DNA of 64,000 bases from an uncultured Chloroflexia bacterium (GTDB lineage Bacteria > Chloroflexota > Limnocylindria > Limnocylindrales > CSP1-4): positions 448,001 through 512,000 of the forward strand of contig CAVRGP010000015.1 in NCBI GenBank assembly GCA_963720755.1, in the 5' to 3' direction. Under the pieces are notes generated by a model. The model did not search any database, had not been told where the DNA came from, and saw only the letters and a list, made by a program, of their open reading frames with translations. A program made the position numbers and the translations under genes. Positions 58,609 to 64,000 of this stretch are shown piece after piece. Positions within the stretch are counted from its first letter, which is position 1. Each line of letters starts with the position of its first letter.

Positions 58609-59442
58609 TCAGGTCCTCGGTCCATCGGCGGGCTCGCCGCGCTGTCGGTGGGCTTCGTACAGAAGGATGGCGGCGGTGACCGACACATTCAGGCTGTCGG
58701 CCATGCCGAGCATCGGTAGGCGGACCGCCTCGATATCATCCCCCGTCCAGGCGCCTGAAAGGCCGTCGGCCTCCGAGCCCAGCACCACCGCCAGCCGGCC
58801 GGTCAGGGTCGCGTCCGTGTAGAGGCGTGGGCCATCCACCCTGGCGGCCACGATCCGGAATGCGTGCGCCCGAAGCCAGCCAAGCACCTCGGTCGTGGTC
58901 GCGGACGCGGATGGCACGCTGAAGACGGTTCCGGCGCTGGCTCGGATCGTGTTCGGGTTATACAGGTCCGCGAGTGGATCTGCGACGACGACGGCGTCCG
59001 CCCCAACGCCGTCCGCCGTCCGCAGGACGGCACCAAGGTTGCCGGGCTTTTCGATCCGTTCGAGCACCACCACGAGGGCTGCCTCCGTGATGGGCAGGTC
59101 GGCAAGCGTGAACGTGGGAGTGGTGGCGATGGCGACGAGTCCTTCGCTGCGGTCACCATAGGCGAGCTTGGCGAACACTCCCTCGGTCGTGGGGTGGACG
59201 ATCACCGACCCAGCGGCCAGCCGATCCAGGACGGCCCGGGCGTCCGCTCCGGCCAGGCGAGCCTCACACACGAAGACTTCGACGATATCGAGGCCGGCAT
59301 CGAACGCTCGGCGAACCTCACGGGCGCCATCGATCAGCGTGCGGCCCGTGCGGTCTCGCTCCCGCCGCTCGCGCAGGGCGATCGCAGTTCGCACGCTCGG
59401 ATTACTCGAGCTGGACAGGAGGGGTGGGGTGGGGGAGGCCAT
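58609..59442 (-). CDS. TrmH/SpoU family RNA methyltransferase
   Basis: KPGNLGAVLRTA, GSEADGLS, SLNVS. Confidence 0.92.
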   Translation of the reverse strand: MASPTPPLLSSSSNPSVRTAIALRERRERDRTGRTLIDGAREVRRAFDAGLDIVEVFVCEARLAGADARAVLDRLAAGSVIVHPTTEGVFAKLAYGDRSEGLVAIATTPTFTLADLPITEAALVVVLERIEKPGNLGAVLRTADGVGADAVVVADPLADLYNPNTIRASAGTVFSVPSASATTTEVLGWLRAHAFRIVAARVDGPRLYTDATLTGRLAVVLGSEADGLSGAWTGDDIEAVRLPMLGMADSLNVSVTAAILLYEAHRQRGEPADGPRT

Positions 59443-59447
59443 CACCC

Positions 59448-60287
59448 TCATGATGCCCTGCCCGAGAACCTGGCGAAGGCACCAAGGTCGAGACGTCGCC
59501 CATCCGCGGTCTCGATCGACAGATCCCCGGCCTCGACCGTGCCGTGGTTTCGATGCGTCGCGGCGCTCACCAGGCCTGCCAGACGCTCCGCTCCGAGCGA
59601 TGGTGTGTGGGCCGTGAGCAGCAGGAACCCGGCGCCGTCGAGGATGGCGGCGCAAGCAGCCAGGAGATCGGGCAGGTCGCTGTCGATCTGCCAGGCGCCG
59701 GCGCCCGGGCCATGACCGTAGCTCGGCGGATCCAGGACGATCCCGGCGTACCGACGCCCGCGCCGCGCTTCCCGCGAAACGAACGCGCGGGCGTCGTCAA
59801 GGATCCACCGGATGGGCCGGTCCGCAAGCTTGGACAGCTCCGCGTTGCGACGCGCCCAGGCGATCGTCGGGCGAGCCGCGTCGAGGTGGGTGAGGGTCGC
59901 GCCCCGTGCGGCCAGCGCGAGGGTGATGAGTCCGGTGTACGCGAACAGATTGAGGACGGCCGGGGCCGGACCGCGTTCGTCGACCCGCCCGCCAAGCCAA
60001 TCGAGGAGCGCGCCGTGTTCGGGGAAGAGGCCGACCTGGCCAGCCTCGGTCATACGTGTCTCGAACGTGAGGCCGGCGAATGACGTCGGCCACGGTGACG
60101 CCGGGGCTGCCGGACCGGACCAGCCGGCGTCTCGATCGAAACGAAGGTCCGCTGCGGACCACAGCTCGGGTCGACGCCGCGTGCCGAGGGCGCCCGGAGA
60201 CGGTCGATCGATCAACCGCCCCCCGAACCGCTCGAGCCGGGCCGCACCGCCCACGTCGACCAACACGTACCCCGGATCGTCCTGCAT
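59448..60287 (-). CDS. Class I SAM-dependent (RlmI/RlmK-like) methyltransferase
   Basis: GLFPE, VLNLFAYTG, LDPPSYG. Confidence 0.88.
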   Translation of the reverse strand: MQDDPGYVLVDVGGAARLERFGGRLIDRPSPGALGTRRRPELWSAADLRFDRDAGWSGPAAPASPWPTSFAGLTFETRMTEAGQVGLFPEHGALLDWLGGRVDERGPAPAVLNLFAYTGLITLALAARGATLTHLDAARPTIAWARRNAELSKLADRPIRWILDDARAFVSREARRGRRYAGIVLDPPSYGHGPGAGAWQIDSDLPDLLAACAAILDGAGFLLLTAHTPSLGAERLAGLVSAATHRNHGTVEAGDLSIETADGRRLDLGAFARFSGRAS

Positions 60288-60352
60288 GCCGTGCATCATG
60301 CACTCGTCGGAGTATGCAGGCCCGCCATTCCACGGTAGAATGCGCGGACCTC

Positions 60353-60429
60353 GGGCGGCTAGCTCAGCTGGTTAGAGCACTTGCTTGACATGCAAGAGGT
60401 CACTGGTTCGAGTCCAGTGTCGCCCACCA
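60353..60429 (+). tRNA. tRNA-Val(GAC)
   Basis: Cloverleaf with CTTGC-TTGACAT-GCAAG anticodon arm, TTCGA, CCA; TAGAAT -10 at 60336. Confidence 0.97.
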
Positions 60430-60456
60430 CATCCCGGCAACGAGCCGGACATATCG

Positions 60457-60685
60457 AAAGCGTCGAGCGGGACGCACCGCGCGAGGCGGACCCCCAGAGA
60501 GCCGGGTCATGGCTGCAAGCCCGACGGATCCACCCAGCAGCGGCACCACCCGCGAGTGGCCGGTGAACCGGCCCGGGCGTCGCCCGTTAGCGCGACCACG
60601 AGTGCGCCACCGGTTCGGTGGTGAAGGCGGGTGGGACCGCGGGAGTTGACCTCTCGTCCTGTCAAGGGATGAGGGGTCTTGTGAT
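60457..60685 (+). promoter_or_regulatory. T-box riboswitch (Thr, specifier ACC)
   Basis: AGAGA and GGCTGCAAG stem I motifs, ACC at 60532, T-box AAGGCGGGTGGGACCGCG 60624-60641, hairpin 60648-60678. Confidence 0.85.
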
Positions 60686-60704
60686 TCTCAGGGAGGCCAG
60701 CCAG

Positions 60705-62555
60705 ATGAGCCACGAACAAGTCGCACACGACATCGTCGACGAGGTCGGCCTGGATGTACCGGAGCGCGGGTCGGCGGACGAACTGATGGACCATGGGGCC
60801 AGCGGCGAGCTCGGCCCGATGCGCCACTCTGCCGCGCACGTCCTTGCCGAGGCCGTGCTCGACCTCTTCCCGGGAACGAAGCTGGGGATCGGGCCGGTCA
60901 TCGATGACGGGTTCTACTACGACTTCCTTCTGCCCCGGCCGCTGACACCGGAGGACCTGCCGCGTCTCGAGGAGCGGATGCGAGCGAGCATCGCCGCCGA
61001 TCATCCGTTCGAGCTCAGCGAGCGGACACCGGCGGATGCCCGAGCCTTCCTGGTCGAACAGGACCAGCCGTTCAAGGTGGAGATCGTCGACGACCTGCTG
61101 GGGGCGGCGGCCAGCGGCGGATCGCCGATGCCACCGACCACGTTCTACCAGCAAGGTCCATTCATCGACCTCTGCCGCGGACCGCATGTGGCCTCGACCG
61201 GGGCGATCGGCCCGTTCAAGCTGCTGACGGTCGCCGGCGCGTACTGGCGGGGCGACGAGAAGCGCCCGATGCTGCAGCGCGTCTACGGCACGGCCTGGGC
61301 GACCCAGGACGAGCTCGATGCATTCCTGTGGCGGCGCGAGGAGGCCAGGAAGCGGGATCATCGCCGGCTCGGCGTCCAGCTCGACCTGTTCAGCTTCCAC
61401 GACGTCAGCCCGGGCTCGGCCTTCTGGCACCCGAAGGGCCAACGCCTGTGGCGAACGCTCGAGGCGGCGATGCGAGCGCTCCAGGAACGTCGAGGATACG
61501 AGGAGATCAGCACGCCGATCGTGGTGAGCGAGCGGTTATGGCAACAGTCTGGCCACTGGGACCTCTACCGGGACAACATGTTCCTGATCGAGTCCGAGGG
61601 GCAGACGTTCAGTCTCAAGCCGATGAACTGTCCGGAGAGTACCTACGTCTACCGCTCGCATCTGCGGTCGTATCGGGACCTGCCGCTTCGGTTCAGTGAG
61701 TTCGGCCGGCTGCATCGGAACGAGCGCTCGGGGACGCTGAGCGGCCTGACCCGCGTCCGCCAGTTCATCCAGGACGACGCCCATCTGTATGTCCGGCCCG
61801 ACCAGTTGACCGATGAGATCGAGGCGCTCCTCGGCGAGGTTCGCGAGTCGTATGCCTGGTTCGGCTTGGTGCCGCGCTTCGCGTTCGCGACGAAACCCGA
61901 CAAGGCGCTCGGCGACCCGGCCCTCTGGGAGCGCGCGGAACAGTTGATCCGCGAAGCCTTCGCGGCGGCCGATATCAGCTACGACCTCAAGCCGAAGGAC
62001 GGAACGTTCTACGCGCCCAAGATCGACATCTATATCGATGACGCGCTCGGTCGCGAGTGGCAGATGGCGACGATCCAGGTCGACCTGGTGATGTTGCCGG
62101 AGCAATTCGACCTGACCTATATCGATGAGACCGGCCAACCCCAGCGTCCGATCGCCATCCATCGGGCGATCTATGGATCACTCGAGCGGTTCATCGGCAT
62201 CCTCATCGAGCATTTCGCCGGTGCGTTCCCGCTCTGGCTGGCGCCGGTCCAGGCCGTCGTCATCCCCATCGCCGACCGCCACGCGGATGCCGGTCGCGAG
62301 CTGGCCGACGTCCTTCGGGCCCGCGGGCTTCGGGTCGAGGTGGACGTTTCGGACAATCGGATGCAGAACAAGATCCGGCTCGCCCAGGAACAGAAGGTCC
62401 CGTACATGCTGGTCCTCGGCGATCGGGAGATCGAGGCCAGGACCGTGGCACCTCGACCGCGAAACGCTGCGCGTGGTGATCAACAGGAGGCGATCCCGTG
62501 GTCGGAATTGGCCGACCGACTCGCGGCGGAGTCAAGCGCCCGAACGGTGGACTGA
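60705..62555 (+). CDS. thrS: Threonine--tRNA ligase (no TGS domain)
   Basis: RHSAAH, DLCRGPH, RDHRRLG, KPMNCP, LTRVRQF.QDDAH, HRAIYGSLERF. Confidence 0.98.
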   Translation: MSHEQVAHDIVDEVGLDVPERGSADELMDHGASGELGPMRHSAAHVLAEAVLDLFPGTKLGIGPVIDDGFYYDFLLPRPLTPEDLPRLEERMRASIAADHPFELSERTPADARAFLVEQDQPFKVEIVDDLLGAAASGGSPMPPTTFYQQGPFIDLCRGPHVASTGAIGPFKLLTVAGAYWRGDEKRPMLQRVYGTAWATQDELDAFLWRREEARKRDHRRLGVQLDLFSFHDVSPGSAFWHPKGQRLWRTLEAAMRALQERRGYEEISTPIVVSERLWQQSGHWDLYRDNMFLIESEGQTFSLKPMNCPESTYVYRSHLRSYRDLPLRFSEFGRLHRNERSGTLSGLTRVRQFIQDDAHLYVRPDQLTDEIEALLGEVRESYAWFGLVPRFAFATKPDKALGDPALWERAEQLIREAFAAADISYDLKPKDGTFYAPKIDIYIDDALGREWQMATIQVDLVMLPEQFDLTYIDETGQPQRPIAIHRAIYGSLERFIGILIEHFAGAFPLWLAPVQAVVIPIADRHADAGRELADVLRARGLRVEVDVSDNRMQNKIRLAQEQKVPYMLVLGDREIEARTVAPRPRNAARGDQQEAIPWSELADRLAAESSARTVD

Positions 62556-62710
62556 CGGAGGGTCTCGCCGGAGGCACGCTGAGCGCGACCGTCGGGTGGC
62601 CGACGCGGCCGTCGTGGAACGGCCTGTGCTATCCTCCCGCTTCGGCCGTGTCCGCGGTTCGCCGTGTGCCCGCGCCTCGAACGCACCACGCAGAATGAAG
62701 GGGATGGACC

Positions 62711-63586
62711 ATCAGTCGAGACCTGCGCATCAACCAGATGATTCGGATCCCACAGGTACGGGTCGTCGATGAAGAAGGTGCCCAGCTTGGGGTCATGCCC
62801 ACGCCACGGGCGCTCGAGATGGCGCAGGAACGCGGCCTGGATCTCGTCGAGGTCGCCCCGATGGCAGCGCCGCCGGTCGTCAAATTCCTTGATTTCGGTC
62901 AGTACAAATACGACCTGACGAAGCGCGAGAAGGAAGCCAAGCGAAAGCAGCGCTCGGTGACCTTCAAGGAGATCCGCCTCTCGCCAAAGATCGGAGTGGG
63001 GGACTTTGACACCAAGGTCCACCGGGCGATCGAATTCCTCGAGGACGGGGATCGGATCAAGGTGACCGTCCGCTTCCGCGGCCGGGAGCTGACCCACCCT
63101 GAACTCGGACGGAATATGCTCGCGAGGTTCGTGGACCGGGTCAAAGACCACGGGGTCGCCGAACGGACGCCCTTGCTCGAAGGCAAGTCGATGCACATCA
63201 CGATGGCATCGACCCACAAGCCCAAGACGCACGATGCGCCACCGACGCGACCCGACGAGCCGACGAAGGAGGAGCCGCTGGCTCCAGAGCCCGCCGTCGC
63301 CGAAGCGCCCGCGGCCGAAGCGACTGCCGCCCCGGCACCAGAGGCCGCGGCTCCGGCTCCTGAGGCGGTCGAGGTGGCGCCGGCCGCAGCTCCAGACCCC
63401 GCAGGGGCGGCAGCTGAACCCGCGGAGCCCGCGGCGAAGCCGGCCAGGCCGGCGGCGGCCAAGCCGGCAGCTCCAAAGGCTGCGACGACCAGGACCAAGC
63501 CGGACGTGGCCGGCGCGACGAAGACAGAACCGACCAAGAAAGCCATCAAGAAGCCGGCCGCCCAGCCGGTCGCATCAGGAGAGTGA
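62711..63586 (+). CDS. infC: Translation initiation factor IF-3 (ATC start, long A/P/K tail)
   Basis: ATC-start ISRDLRINQMIR...LDLVEVAP...DFGQYKY, RFRGRE. Confidence 0.95.
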   Translation: MSRDLRINQMIRIPQVRVVDEEGAQLGVMPTPRALEMAQERGLDLVEVAPMAAPPVVKFLDFGQYKYDLTKREKEAKRKQRSVTFKEIRLSPKIGVGDFDTKVHRAIEFLEDGDRIKVTVRFRGRELTHPELGRNMLARFVDRVKDHGVAERTPLLEGKSMHITMASTHKPKTHDAPPTRPDEPTKEEPLAPEPAVAEAPAAEATAAPAPEAAAPAPEAVEVAPAAAPDPAGAAAEPAEPAAKPARPAAAKPAAPKAATTRTKPDVAGATKTEPTKKAIKKPAAQPVASGE

Positions 63587-63593
63587 GGCAACG

Positions 63594-63791
63594 GTGCCGA
63601 AGATGAAGAGCCACAAGACCGCCCAGAAGCGCATCGGCGTGACCGGTAGCGGCAAGTTCATCCGGGTCAAGGCCTGGCGAGGGCACCACCTCGAGATCAA
63701 GTCGTCCCGACGAACGCGCCGCTATGCCGGCAAGGCGATCCTCGGGACCGAGCATGCCAAGCAGGTCCGTCGCCTGCTTCCGTACCTCTAG
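63594..63791 (+). CDS. rpmI: 50S ribosomal protein L35
   Basis: MPKMKSHK.A.KR..TGSGK...HL..KS...LLPY. Confidence 0.95.
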   Translation: MPKMKSHKTAQKRIGVTGSGKFIRVKAWRGHHLEIKSSRRTRRYAGKAILGTEHAKQVRRLLPYL

Positions 63792-63805
63792 GAGCGATCC
63801 ACTTC

Positions 63806-64000
63806 ATGGCACGAGTCAAGCGGGGCGTCACGTCCCATAAGCGTCACAAGCGTCTGATGCAGGACGCCGAGGGGCGCAAGGGCACCAAGTCGCGGCTGGT
63901 CAAACCCGCCCGGGAAGCCCTCCTCCACGCCCTGGCCTATGCGACCAGAGACCGCAAGCAGCGCAAGCGCCAGATGCGTGAGTTGTGGATCGTCCGGATC
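63806..64000 (+). CDS. rplT: 50S ribosomal protein L20 (partial, runs off window)
   Basis: MARVKRGV..HKRHK...YA.RDRK.RKR..R.LWI.RI. Confidence 0.95.
   Translation, partial: MARVKRGVTSHKRHKRLMQDAEGRKGTKSRLVKPAREALLHALAYATRDRKQRKRQMRELWIVRI

Noticed and set aside
62630-62710. L20 leader RNA upstream of infC
   Set aside because: A TATCCT -10 and GC-rich leader are present, but I could not match the L20-leader structure by eye

Overview
High-GC bacterial chromosomal window. Gene content and style suggest a monoderm, most likely Chloroflexota (Limnocylindria/Ellin6529-like); this is inference only. Layout: (i) ~1-5.3 kb accessory patch with gene remnants, lipoproteins, an orphan Flp pilin and two candidate structured RNAs; (ii) ~5.3-25 kb housekeeping/metabolic block (RDD, PLP decarboxylase-acyl-CoA dehydrogenase-like-aldehyde dehydrogenase, moeA-moaC-moaB, FadF-like-ACAD-etfBA, nrdR-dcd, TlpA-CcdA-glutaredoxin) ending at tRNA-Arg(CCT); (iii) ~25-45.7 kb accessory region without a recognisable integrase (arylsulfatase between 251-bp direct repeats, tandem and inverted repeats, AfsR/SARP regulator, UvrA-like DrrC, class III cyclase-AAA-TPR plus DUF2652); (iv) ~45.7-64 kb core-like block ending in tRNA-Val(GAC), a T-box, thrS, infC (ATC start), rpmI and rplT. 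Best leads: a c-di-GMP-II-like pseudoknotted leader with a variant pocket before a J-domain gene, a candidate sRNA with a six-C loop, a start-less DUF2652 domain in frame behind the cyclase TGA, a CysRS-tail/GT2 fusion, a PPTDT sorting-like signal, and widespread leaderless gene starts. No CRISPR, rRNA, transposase or phage genes were seen. All family calls come from motif recognition by eye; no searches were run.
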